From: Eledone cirrhosa
Lineage: Eukaryota
Direction: 5' to 3'
Length of the DNA: 64,000 nucleotides
Assembly (NCBI GenBank): GCA_964016885.1
Contig: OZ024743.1
Coordinates: 358,794,001-358,858,000 of the forward strand
How positions within the stretch are numbered: position 1 is the stretch's first letter; the number at the start of each line of letters is the position of its first letter. A program made the position numbers and the translations under genes. Under the pieces are notes generated by a model that was not told where the DNA came from, ran no database searches, and saw nothing but the letters and a program-made list of their open reading frames with translations. This document shows, piece by piece, positions 50,749 to 63,475 of the stretch.

Positions 50749-50827
<79 letters not shown>
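50590..50827 (+). repeat. (ATCT)n arrays bracketing a short Tx1 3' end (50627-50750)
   Basis: TATTGGGGA...TGTGGCTAATAAAGAAA resembles the 3' UTR end at 56481-56610. ATCT arrays on both sides. Confidence 0.85.
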
Positions 50828-51044
50828 AGACGTGTGTAACTTCGCGGAGAAGTTTCCGTTACTTTATGTAAGAAAAAAACGTGAGTTTTTAGTTAAATTT
50901 TATATCATTGTATGACTTGACCCCCCGTCTGAACCTTCAGGTGGTGGGTCAACTCATTTTCGCCCCTACAGGGGCGGAATATCCATTTGAAAAATATTTT
51001 CTCCATCGAATCTTGGAAAAATATTGTAAAATTTTGATTACGTT

Positions 51045-52932
51045 ATGAACGCTGCGTCCAACGATAATGGTGGTGGAGAGGCGGTAAGACTACAAAGCTC
51101 GCAGTCAACAACGTCTTCTTCACTAGATACTATAGAGATGGAAAGACGAAATGAAAATGTAAAAACGAATTCATATTCAAACAACACAAATGACACCAAA
51201 CAATTCAATGACAACAAAAATAACAGCAACACCAATAATGATGATAAAAGCAACAATGATAACAACAACAAAGAAAAAAATAAAGACAACACCAATAACA
51301 CCAGCATCAAAGACAACAACAACACCAAGGAAAATACGAATAATACCAACATCGGTGACAACAAGAATAACAACAAGAATAACAACAATAATGACAACAC
51401 CACCAATACGGATTCCACAAAGAAACCAAAAATCTCCTTTGCAGAGAAAGTTAAAAAAAAGGAGGAATTGATATATCTCGACATAACAAATGCTGAACAA
51501 CTTTTAAAGGACGCTAGGAGATATGTCACTTTCGATAAAAATGGTGCTTTCAGCATCAATTCTCCGGTAGAAATTCACAAGGAAACTGCTCTCAAAACGA
51601 TAGTTTTTAGGACAGTTTCCAATTCTACCCGAAAACCAGTCCAATTGTCACAGAAAGAAATTTAACTGGTTTTCAAAAATTCAATGAATGATATTGCATT
51701 CATTCAAAGAAGAAAACTTTTTGGGAGTATTTCGGTACTCATGAAGGATCAATTGACGGCCCAAAATTACTCTGTGTCGCCAATTGTATCCAACCTGTAC
51801 ACCTTTTTCCCTACATACATGGGAAAAGGACACAAAAGATCAGAATCACGAGTGTCACACCAAAGGTGAACATATGGTGGATACTGTGCGGCTTCATCAA
51901 TTTTGATGAAGACAGAATACTGTCAGTAGGAAAGTCCCCCAGAGATGTATTCAATGGGACTAGCATTGAAGTTCTGGTGCAAATGAGCCCAGAGCGAATA
52001 GCTATGATCCCACAACGTGTACTCCTGGACGGACTCACCTACATAAACTTTTCGGTTGAGGGTAGGCGGCCTTCATGTTACCATTGCTTTAGTAGGGGTC
52101 ACCTGAGGGCTTCCTGTCCTAAATTAATGAACCAAAAAAAGGCTCTTCTGCCGACACCCATCAAAACAACACAACCACCAACACCACCACAACAACAACA
52201 ACACAAACACACAAAAATAACCACAACAAACACAGTCCCACCCAACCCCACTCCACCTCCCCAAGACATACCCCTCCTCAATCCCACAGACGATACAACA
52301 GATGAGGCTATCTCGCCATCACCCAGTGAAGACGAAGGAGAACCCCCATCGCTCGAAAAGAAAGAAAAGACATCACAAAAGCAAAAAAACCAGCAAACAC
52401 TACCACAAACATACAACCACCAACACAAACAACAAAAACATCACAAACAAAACCCCAACCTCCTGAAAACAAAATACCTACAACAAAACGAAAGCACACA
52501 CAAGAACTACAGACAAAAACAAACACAACACAAGAAAATTACATTTACACTTTCACTTACATAAACACTGAAAACAAAACACTAATGGAGACCATCACGA
52601 ACGACCCTTCGGTGAAAACCGAAGGGAAAACTTTCGCCCACTCTATTAAAAATAGCAAAAAACTGAACCTAAAACTGATTAGGGTCCCTATACAAACTTA
52701 TAGGTCCCTAAAAGAAACATTTGAGAAGGATGTGGGGAATTCCTACGTTAAACCACTCAACCGCGTCCTTCTCAAATGTCTCCCCACCCCAGACACCCCC
52801 ATCCCACCAGACCCCACCCCACCAAACATCTCCGTCCCCACCCCACCGGAAACCACCACCCATCCAGACAACCCCTCCAACACCCCCATGGAAATCGTGC
52901 GGCCTGGTACCCAGGAGACGAAGGGTGAGTGA
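51045..52932 (+). pseudogene. Tx1 ORF1 (Asn-rich N-terminus, CCHC knuckle, Pro/Gln/Thr-rich tail), frameshifted
   Basis: KPKISFAEKVK; SVEGRRPSCYHCFSRGHLRASC. Confidence 0.8.
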
Positions 52933-52965
52933 TCTCTTTTCCTCTTTTAACTTTTCAGCACCAAC

Positions 52966-55900
52966 ATGGCCAATATAAGAGTTGGATGTGTGAACGCACG
53001 CGGCCTGGGGATGCCCTGGAAACAGGGCAAACTCTTAAACGACCTCAAGTCGCACAGTATGGATGTGGTAGCCATTTGCGAGTCCAGGATCCACAGCGAG
53101 CGAAAGCTGGCCCCTATCTTCGATGACTTTGAGATCTACGCATCTCTCTGTCAACCGGGGGGTGGGGCGGAGTTGCCGTTTTGCTGCAGAAACACCTGGG
53201 CCTCGTAACACAGACGGTACATCTGGACCTGGAGGGTCGACTGGTGGTCCTAGACGTTGACGGTAGTGAAGGTGGAGCCTTCAGGCTGGTGGCCGCATAT
53301 GCCCCATCCGGGACACCGCGGCCAGACTTCTTCAAACGTCTAGAGACTTTTCTGGGAACGTCCCGCTCCTTGCTTTTAGTGGGGGACTGGAATGGAATCC
53401 TAGATGCACATTGGGACTACGTGGGAGCATGTCCCGATAAAGGGGGGTGTAACAGCCTCAAACAGTTAATCGAACGATTTGACCTGGCCGATAGATATCG
53501 ACTAGATTTTCCGACTGCGCCACTGTGGACGTGGACTAATCGTAGAGGAACATCTAGATCGTACCTAGATAGGGTTCTAGTTAGAAATAAGGATAGGGAC
53601 ATGTTAAGCTGTCCACAAATGTTCATGGTTGCCTATTCAGATCACAAACTAGTGACCTGCATGGCCAACCTTGATAGAACCCATAGACAAGGACCCGGCT
53701 ACTGGAAACTGAACTTGTCGTTACCGACAAGCAAAGCCTACAGTAGACGGATTAGCACTTTAGTTAAACAGCACTTGACAGGGGCCATTGTCAACAACAG
53801 ATGGTGGTACTCTCTCAAGAGGGCAGTTAGATTAGACTCGTTAGTTTTTAGTAAAGAATTAGCGTTAGATAGAAATAGAACCGAGAAGGAACTGGTAGAT
53901 AAAGCAGAAGAGGCAATTAGAAGTGGCAACGTAGCCAGCGTGCTAGCAACGAGAACGGCCTTGGACCAGTTCTTCGACGCAAAGCACGAGGGCTGCGTTG
54001 TCAGAAGCAAAATACGTGCTCTGGGAAACGAGGGAGCCAAAGCTGTTAGCTGGGCCCGAGTGACGGAGGCAAAAAGCGGCAACAAGTCCACGATTCGGTC
54101 TTTGAAGGATCAAAACGGACGCGTGATACGTGAGCCGAAGCAGATGTATGCGGCCTTTCAGCGGCACTTTGCTCAACTGTTCGGGCGGGGCGGCGCACCG
54201 GGAGGGGCTATGGATTTCGGTCCATACCTCGACGGCCTACCGCGACTCTCGGACAGCGAGGCAAAGTTCTGCGAAAAGCCGATTTCAGCCGCTGAGATAG
54301 GGGACGCGCTGAGCCAATGCGGCAAACGCAAATCTCCAGGTCTCGACGGTCTACTCTACGAATTTTACGTAGCAATGCCGGACTTATTCTCCGGTCTCCT
54401 GGAAGCGGTCTACTGCAACTGGCAACAGAACGGGAGAATTCCCAGTTCTGTAACCGGGGGCGTAGTCACACTAATCAGGAAGGACGAGAATAAGGGGGAT
54501 GACATAGGCAACTTCCGACCCATAACTCTGCTAAACACAGAGTTACAGATTTTGGCCAAGGTGTTGGCAAAGAGGCTGGCGCTTGTCGTCGAGAACCTGG
54601 TGGGAAAAGCGCAGACATGCGCAATCCCGACCAGGTCCATACACGACAACCTCCACCTCATGCGATACATCATAGAGAGGGTAGAGTGTAAACCCGGCTT
54701 CGGTGGGGCCCTGATCAACTTGGATCAGTCTAAGGCTTTCGATAGGGTTGACCATCGTTACCTGGATGCGGTGCTCGAGACGGCAGGCTTCCGACCCGTG
54801 TTCAGGGGCTGGATTGCTGCAATACACAACAGCAACAAGGGTCAAGGTGAACGGCTACCTCTCGGAGCCGTTCCATATTACGCGATCCATTCGACAGGGA
54901 TGCCCTCTCTCCTCCCTTCTGTACGAACTGACTCTCGAGCCACTACTGCAGAAGTTGGAGCTATTGCAGGGCATCCCTCTGGAACCGGGTCTGCGGAAAG
55001 CGGCGTCGGCCTACGCCGACGACGTGACAGTAATGGTGTCGAGCGCCTCGCAAATCGAGGAAGTCGGCACCTTACTGAAGGAATACGAAAGTTTCACAGG
55101 AGCGAAGCTGAACCGGAACAAGTCCATCGGTTTGCAACTCGGATCGTGGAGAGGCAGACCGATGCCTTCCGATGGCGTCGTTGGACGCTGGACGGAAGGA
55201 CCGGTAAAGCTGCTCGGGGCCTGGTTTGGTCCGGACCTCCAGGTGGAGAAGAACTGGAACGAAGTGACGGCCAAGGTGTTTGCACTCACCCAGAAGTGGG
55301 CCGAGTGCAAACTATCATTGAAAGGTCGAGCGGAGGTGGCGAACACTTTTATAGAGTTCGCCATCTACTACCGCTTGACCGTCGTGCCTTCTCCAGCCAA
55401 AACGCTCGTCAAAATGGAGCGCGCGCTCTTCCAATTCCTTTGGAAGAGGCGGGCTCCTTTGGTGAGAAGATCCATCTGCTGCCAACACCCTTCTAACGGA
55501 GGGCTGGGCATGCCGTGGTTGACGATGCGCAAACACGCGCTCAGGCTGTGGCATCTCTACGTATTCCTCACCGGACAACCGGTGTGGGCCCCATTCGTGA
55601 GGCGAGTCTTCCCACGACTCGTCTTGCTGACCGAGCTGCAGTCCTGGGTCAAGCAAAGACCGAGGTAAATGGGCGACTGGCACATCGAATGTGCTCAGGC
55701 GCTCACAGCCCTCTGGCAGGCGGACCCGGCGATCAGTGGAGACTCCACTTCGTCATTCTATAGAGGGTTGATCCGCAGCAAGTGCGACGACGCGCTCGGT
55801 GAAACTCTAGGCGTAGAGGAAGATGAACTGGCCAGTCTGTTCGGTAGGACCTTCCGCCCAGGACCGATGGACAACTTCCAAAAGTCCCTGGCCTGGCAGT

Positions 55901-56370
55901 GCTACCGAGGAGCTCTACCAGTTCGAGACAAGCTCTACAGACATGGGCTCCCGGGAAGGGACCCTGCAAAAAAGATCTGTCCGAGGTGCGTGCGAGACGA
56001 AGAAACCGTCGCGCACGCATTCATACACTGCCCGGGCGTCACTGACCTGTGGGGCTATGTAGAACGACTATTGTCGCGGGTGGGACCAATCCGGTTGACC
56101 ACCGAGTCCATTGTCATGATCAAACCGCCACCCCCCTTCAAAAACGAAGGAGAGGCGGTTTTCCTTTGTGTGATAGCTATGGCGAAAGAGGTTGTATGGT
56201 GGACAAGGTTGAAAGGGCTGAGGTCAGACACCTTTCTCTCCGGCCAACAACTGATTCTTTTTTTCAAATACCACTTTGGAAGAATGTACCCCAGCAAGTT
56301 TTATGAAAGGTGGGTGAAAGTGGTGAGAATGGCACGAGTGAATGGGCCTTCTCTCTATATCAGCCTGTAG
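52966..56370 (+). pseudogene. Tx1 ORF2 (AP endonuclease, RT, C-terminal zinc finger), frameshifted
   Basis: GCVNARGL, VGDWNG, SYLDRV, YSDH, YWKLN, KSPGLDG, LDQSKAFDRVDH, RQGCPLS, YADD, CPRC..ETVAHAFIHC. Confidence 0.92.
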
Positions 56371-56630
56371 GTTGAGGAAAAGGAGGAGGAGAGGAAAGGA
56401 GTACAAACTCTTCGTACTCCTGGAGATGAGGGTTGCACATTTTTTCGGGGGTATGTGTTACCCATATAAACTGTCTCCCCCTATTGGGGAAAATCGACTA
56501 ACTTTTTAAATTGCATTTGTGATAACATTTTACACGTTTTTATTGTATGTAAACGTCCCTCTTTGTATTTGTCCCCTTCTTTTGTGTCCCTGTGGCTAAT
56601 AAAGAAACATATCTATCTATCTATCTATCT

Positions 56631-58280
56631 CATCGAACCAGGATTGCGGAAAGCAGCGTCAGCCTATGCCGACGACATAACTGCAATGGTGTCGAAAACC
56701 TCGGACATCTGGGTAATCGGCAACCTATTACAGGAATACGAAACGTTGACAGGAGCAAGACTAAACCCAAACAAGTCTGTCGGTTTGCAACTCGGCACAT
56801 GGAGAGGCAAGCCCATGACTTCCGACAGTGTCGTTGGACTCTGGACGGAAGGACCGGTGAAATTGCTCGGGGTCTGGTTTGGTCCAGACCTCCAGGTGGA
56901 CAAGAACTGGAACGAGGTCACGGTGAAGGTGTTTGCACTCACCCAGAAGTGGGCTGAGTGCAAACTCTCCTTGAAAGGTCGAGCGGAGGTGGCGAACACT
57001 TACATAGCGTCCGTCATCTACTACTGCTTGACAGTCGTGCTTTGTCCCCGCGAATACCTCACGAAAATGGAACGCCTACTCTTCAAGTTCCTCTGGAAGA
57101 AACAGGCTCCCTTGGTGAGGAGATCCATCTGCTGTCAACACCCTTCTAACGGAGGGCTGGGCATGCCGTGGTTGATGATGCGCAAACACGCGCTGAGGCT
57201 ACGCCATCTCCAGGTGTTCCTGACCGGCGAACCGGTGTGGCTGTCGTTTGTGAGACGAGCTCTTCCACAATTCGTCTCACTAACAGAGCTGCTGTTCTGG
57301 GTCAAGCAAAGACCGAAAATGGGCGCCTGGCACCTCGAGTGCCTTCAGGCGCTCACAGCCCTCTACGAAGCGGAGACGGCAATCAGCAGAGACTCCACTT
57401 CGACATTCTATAGGGGATTAGTGGAGGATAAGTGCGACAACGTTCTCGGGGAAACTCTAGGCATCGAGGAAGACCAACTGACCAGTCTGTTCGGGAGGAC
57501 TTTCCGTCCAGGGCCTATGGATAACTTCCAGAGGTCTCTGGCCTGGCAGTGCTACCGAGGAGCTCTACCAGTTCGAGACAAGCTCTACAGACATGGGCGC
57601 CCGGGCAGGGACCCTGCAAAAAAAATCTGTCCGAGGTGCGTGCGAGACGAAGAAACCGTCTCGCACGCATTCATACACTGCCCGGGCGTCACTGACCTGT
57701 GGGGCTATGTAGAACGACTATTGTCGCGGGTGGGACCAATCCGGTTGACCACCGAGTCCATTGTCATGATCAAACCGCCACCCCCCTTCAAAAACGAAGG
57801 AGAGGCGGTTTTCCTTTGTGTGATAGCTATGGCGAAAGAGGTTGTATGGTGGACAAGGTTGAAAGGGCTGAGGTTAGACACCTTTCTCTCCGGCCAACAA
57901 CTGATTCTTTTTTTCAAATACCACTTTGGAAGAATGTACCCCAGCAAGTTTTATGAAAGGTGGGTGAAAGTGGCGAGAATGGCCCGAGTGAATGGGCCTT
58001 CTCTCTATATCAGCCTGTAGGTTGAGGAAAAGGAGGAGGAGAGGAAAGGAGTACAAACTCTTCGTACTCCTGGAGATGAGGGTTGCACATTTTTTCGGGG
58101 GTATGTGTTACCCATATAAACTGTCTCCCCCTATTGGGGAAAATCGACTAACTTTTTAAATTGCATTTGTGATAACATTTTACACGTTTTTATTGTATGT
58201 AAACTTCCCCCTTTGTATTTGTCCCCTTCTTTTGTGCCCCTGTGGCTAATAAAGAAACATATCTATCTATCTATCTATCT
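56631..58280 (+). mobile_element. 5'-truncated chimeric Tx1 copy (one unit of a 1650-bp tandem duplication)
   Basis: 56631-57540 matches 58281-59190, and 57541-58280 matches 55891-56630. ORF 56563-58020. Confidence 0.9.
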
Positions 58281-59877
58281 CATCGAACCAGGATTGCGGA
58301 AAGCAGCGTCGGCCTATGCCGACGACATAACTGCAATGGTGTCGTAAACCTCGGACATCTGGGTAATCGGCAACCTATTACAGGAATACGAAACGTTGAC
58401 AGGAGCAAGACTAAACCCAAACAAGTCTGTCGGTTTGCAACTCGGCAAATGGAGAGGCAAGCCCATGCCTTCCGACAGTGTCGTTGGACGCTGGACGGAA
58501 GGACCGGTGAAATTGCTCGGGGTCTGGTTTGGTCCAGACCTCCAGGTGGACAAGAACTGGAACGAGGTCACGATGAAGGTGTTTGCACTCACCCAGAAGT
58601 GGGCTGAGTGCAAACTCTCCTTGAAAGGTCGAGCGGAGGTGGCGAACACTTACATAGCGTCCGTCATCTACTACTGCTTGACAGTCGTGCTTTGTCCCCG
58701 CGAATACCTCACGAAAATGGAACGCCTACTCTTCAAGTTCCTCTGGAAGAAACAGGCTCCCTTGGTGAGGAGATCCATCTGCTGTCAACACCCTTCTAAC
58801 GGAGGGCTGGGCATGCCGTGGTTGATGATGCGCAAACACGCGCTGAGGCTACGCCATATCCAGGTGTTCCTGACCGGCGAACCGGTGTGGCTGTTGTTTG
58901 TGAGACGAGCTCTTCCACAACTCGTCTCACTAACAGAGCTGCAGTCCTGGGTCAAGCAAAGACCGAAAATGGGCGCCTGGCACCTCGAGTGCCTTCAGGC
59001 GCTCACAGCCCTCTACGAAGCGGAAACGGCAATCAGCAGAGACTCCACTTCGACATTCTATAGGGGATTAGTGGAGGATAAGTGCGACAACGTTCTCGGG
59101 GAAACTCTAGGCATCGAGGAAGACCAACTGACCAGTCTGTTCGGGAGGACTTTCCGTCCAGGGCCTATGGATAACTTCCAGAGGTCTCTGGCCTGGCAGT
59201 GCTACCGAGAAGCTCTACCAGTTCGACACAAAATCTACAGGCACGGACGCCCTGGCAGAGATCCTGCCAAAAGGACCTGTCCAAGATGCGAGCAGGACAT
59301 AGAAACCGTTCTGCACGCAATTGTTCAGTGCCCAGGGGTGACCGACCTGTGAAATTATGTCGAACAACTACTCTCACGTATAGGACGCACCCAGTTAGCC
59401 GCTTTCATTTAAGAATGAAGGAGAGGAGGACTTCCTCTGTCTGGTGGCTATGGCGAAAGAGGTAATATGGTGGACGAGGTTAAACGGACTGAGGGCAAAC
59501 ACCTTTATCCCCGGACAACAACTCATCCCCTTCTTTTAGTACTACTTCAGAAGGAAGGTGAGAGTGGAGAGAGAGGTGCTACACCCCAGTAAATTCGCTG
59601 AAAGGTGGGTGAATGTGGCTAAAATGGCCTGTAGGTTGAGGAAGATAAACAGAGGGAAGACGGGAACACCTACAAAACGTGTTCCTGGTGTTGAGGGTTG
59701 TTCTATCTACGGGGTGTAAAATAACCCCGCAGTAGCGTTCCCCTCCCCATGGGGATTGCAATTGTTTTATTTATATACAGTTTATTGTTATTTATCATTG
59801 TTAAAGATTTTATGTAAAACCCCCGCCGTCACGTCTTGTAATGTCCCATTTTTGTACGGCCCTGTGGCAAATAAAGA

Positions 59878-59935
<58 letters not shown>
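58281..59935 (+). mobile_element. 5'-truncated Tx1 copy with a distinct 3' UTR and (ATCT)n tail
   Basis: RT C-terminal ORF 58396-59352. AATAAA at ~59870, then an ATCT array. Confidence 0.9.
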
Positions 59936-59998
59936 CCTTTTATTTATTGCATTAGATTACATTACACTCTTATTTAGATCAGATGTACGTACGCATGC

Positions 59999-60031
<33 letters not shown>

Positions 60032-60096
60032 TGTATGTATGTATGTATGTATGTATGTATGTATGTATGTATGTATGTATGTATGTATGTATGTAT

Positions 60097-60360
60097 GGCT
60101 TTGTGCAGTGCCTTTGCTCACTATAAAAGCTTCACGACACAGGCATTGCTTTATATCTGGAGATCTCTCTGCACTTGTCGTCACATGGTACCATGGGTCC
60201 AGCACTATGTGTCAATAATTGTCACAAGTGTAGTGTTTGTACCAGAGTTTTCAAGTCGCTGGCTGGACTAAAAAGTCACATTCGTTCAGCGCAGCGGCAG
60301 GAGTTCTCCTACATGGATATAATGTAGTGGCCGTACTCGAAAACGAGTTGGCAGCCACCA
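60097..60360 (+). mobile_element. RTE-like 3' end following a (TATG)n array
   Basis: Near-identical to 31687-31950. Confidence 0.7.
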
Positions 60361-61029
60361 TATATGAATGTACGTACGTATGTATGTGTGTGCGTATGTG
60401 TGCATGTATGTATATATGTATATATGTATGTGTATATTTGCTTATGTCCCATAACTTCTACAACAACAGATCTATAAAATAAGTACCGCATTTCAAAAAA
60501 TGATCACACCACCAAAACCATCACCACTGCCGCCGCCGCCGCCGCCGCCACCGACGCCGCACCACCGCCGCCACCATCACCACCACCAGCGCCGCCGTCA
60601 CCACCACCGCCACTGCCCCCGTCACCGTCGCCGTCGCCACAGACGCCACCATGCTGAACCATGAAATACAAACAACAAACGGACAGTAAACAAAACTAAA
60701 CAAACTCAGCAGAGTGTGAAGGAAAGAAGATGGCGTAAACGGAAGAGATGCAGTTTCAGGGATGATTGGGGGGGGGGGGGGTGTCACATGGCCGGGTGGA
60801 TGTGTGGTTAGAGGATGGTAATGACAGTACGAATGATGATGTTAATGATGATGATGTTGATTATGATGTATATGATAGGGGTAAAAACAGGGGAGAAGTA
60901 AGAAGAAAAAGTAGTAAAAGAAAAAATGCATGCAACGATAGGAAGAGAGTTTGGGGTGGAGGTAAGAGTGTGGAGGTGAGTGAAAGGAGAGAGGGAGAGA
61001 CAGAGGGAGGGAGGTGGTTGGATGACAGT

Positions 61030-61067
61030 ATATGTGTGTGTATATATACACACACATACACACACGT

Positions 61068-61102
<35 letters not shown>

Positions 61103-61174
61103 CATGCATGCATATACATTATATATATATGAATTATCTATCTATCTATATTTGTATACATACACAGACGCACG

Positions 61175-61210
<36 letters not shown>

Positions 61211-61220
61211 AATACATACA

Positions 61221-61274
<54 letters not shown>

Positions 61275-61288
61275 TATATATATTTAAA

Positions 61289-61319
<31 letters not shown>

Positions 61320-61320
61320 G
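61030..61320. repeat. Compound (TA)/(CA) microsatellite at a PLE terminus
   Basis: Read directly. Confidence 0.9.
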
Positions 61321-61357
61321 TAAAAGAAACCAAAGAACGCTTACATACTCAAACAGT

Positions 61358-61418
61358 TTTTATTTGCTTACAATGTTTCATCCATACCGTTGGGTAGGAA
61401 TAATCAGAGCTTAATAAA
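61358..61418 (-). ncRNA. Type I hammerhead motif with a G8U change (likely inactivated copy)
   Basis: TTTATT-AA-GCT-CTGATTA-TTCCTACC(CAAC)GGTATGGAT-GAAA-CATTG-TA-AGC-AAATAAA, downstream of the PLE ORF in sense orientation. Confidence 0.65.
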
Positions 61419-62467
61419 CACAGTGCTGAGTATAAGCTCTACCAAGTTTAGTCACACGAACAATCGGAATACAATAGAGGATAAATATAGGGAGATCGGA
61501 GATGGCGAACAAGCAGGGAGATAGTTGGTTAAGGAACTAGAAATAATGAGGCGGAAAGTTAATAGAGTGTTGCAGTGGTACTGCATAGTGATTTTTCAGC
61601 AGATATAAGTAATTAGCTTAAAGTGGTGAAAGGAATTAGGGTTCATGTGTATACAAGAAGAGAATATCTCCGATTTCCTATTGAGCAAGTTACATTGAGA
61701 CTATATTATGGCGTGAGACTCTAGAAGGCACAGGTTACAAGTTTTGCTCGGAGGGCGGTAGGGCGTAGATTTAGTCACCAACCTCCAATTGAGTGTATAA
61801 TCTATACTATCATTTTTTAAAAATGAATATATTTAGCTAGGGACGAGGCACTCTTAAGCCTATTATATCTAAATGTATAATTGTGGGAGTTGTATCTAAT
61901 TTTGAATGATGTAGAAGTAGAGCCCACGTATGTTTTGGTGGAGGTTGCTGTTACAACATCACATGCATAAACTATGTTTTTCATGAGGCATTTTCCTTTT
62001 AAAGGGCAATTTTCACTCCGCCTACAATTACAATTTCGGTGTGTGCTGTTGTTCGTGCCTTGGGATGGCCGGTTGCTAAAACCCTCCTGTCATGGAATGT
62101 GTTCTTCTGAGGTGTTGTTAGCAACCTCAGGTATCTCATTAGCCAATGTGCTAGGTTGTTGGTGGTTATTTACAGATTTGATATCCTTGAATCCTACTCT
62201 AATTTTCCTATTATTAGTACGAGCTAGGTGGTAAGCCAGGTTAGGGGGTAGTGGAGTAAGATAATTTAATCGTATTTTCATTAAATATACTATGGTATCT
62301 ACTTCCAGGCGGGAAATTCTTTTCTAGGATTAAGAAGGTTTTGGGAATGTTAGTTAAGACTTCAGAGTTGTATGGTGGGATAAAGAAAGTGTTCATTCTT
62401 CTTCTATTTTTTCTATTTTTCCCCACTACAGTCCGGTTAATATTAGAGCTACAAAACCTCCCACCGC

Positions 62468-63475
62468 CTACAAAACCATTGCCACTATATACCTGCTGTG
62501 AAACTCTCGCATTATTTTGGTCAACACGCCCTCTAAGATCACCACCATGCGAATAGTTCTAGATCTCAACACCCCGCTATTAGTGTAACCAGTAGGAGTA
62601 TGTGGAGGATGTACAGCAGGGCCAGTCAGTCTGGGCCGGGCTGAATTAATCACCGTATGGGTCTTATCCAAAGTCCTATTACTATTACTATTATTATTCA
62701 AAGACATATTGTGCATGAAAATACTATTATGTCCAGCATGGGTTGATTGGGAGCTAGTAGCTACGTAAAATAGTTTATTCCTATAGCCAGACTTAGCTAG
62801 TGCCTCGTTATAATAATCCACATTAGAGTTGAAAATGCCCTCATTACAAAATAAACGGCTAATTCTATTAGATACTCCTTTAATAATAGCATTCAGTACT
62901 GATTTAGGATGGTTGGAATTAGCATTCACATATGTTAGTCTCTCATTAGGTTTATGATAAGGTGTCAAAATCTTATTTTCTAGGTCAAGTGTTACATCTA
63001 AGAAATTCACTGTTCTATTATTCTTATCTATAGTTATACCAAGGTTAAAACCTTTAAAAAATTTACGCAGGTCCTTCTTTGTCCTATCAAGTTTATATTT
63101 TTTATGCTCAAGGGTAAGGAGGGCGTCGTCTCGGTATAACCCACCGCGAAGATATGGAAGTGCCTTATGCAGCTCATGGAGTAGGTAAAGTACGACTAAA
63201 TCAGTTACCTGGGCAGAGTCACCAGATCCCATTGTGATATCAAAGTTGTTAGTTGTGTTTTTCCGTGTCCATAATTGTTCCTCAAATAGGATTAAAGTTT
63301 TACATGCGGCTAAAACGATATCAACTTGGGATCTGGTTAGATCACTATTCTGCATGGCCATGATGAGGGCCTTATTCAAAAGAATGGGAGATATAGATGT
63401 GTAATATGAATCAATATCAAACTGGACAAACATAAGGGATTTATGGTTACTAATTCTGGAGAACCATTCAATCAC
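62468..63475 (-). CDS. PLE reverse transcriptase core (fragment)
   Basis: FVQFDIDSYYTSI, FDITMGS, GGLYRDD, NFLDVTL, YVNANSNHP. Confidence 0.88.
   Translation of the reverse strand: MIEWFSRISNHKSLMFVQFDIDSYYTSISPILLNKALIMAMQNSDLTRSQVDIVLAACKTLILFEEQLWTRKNTTNNFDITMGSGDSAQVTDLVVLYLLHELHKALPYLRGGLYRDDALLTLEHKKYKLDRTKKDLRKFFKGFNLGITIDKNNRTVNFLDVTLDLENKILTPYHKPNERLTYVNANSNHPKSVLNAIIKGVSNRISRLFCNEGIFNSNVDYYNEALAKSGYRNKLFYVATSSQSTHAGHNSIFMHNMSLNNNSNSNRTLDKTHTVINSARPRLTGPAVHPPHTPTGYTNSGVLRSRTIRMVVILEGVLTKIMREFHSRYIVAMVL

Larger units (their letters stand above)
50827..56630 (+). mobile_element. Near full-length Tx1-clade LINE with (ATCT)n tail
   Basis: 5' UTR, ORF1 pieces, ORF2 (APE-RT-zinc finger) with several frameshifts, AATAAA then ATCT repeats. 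Confidence 0.92.
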
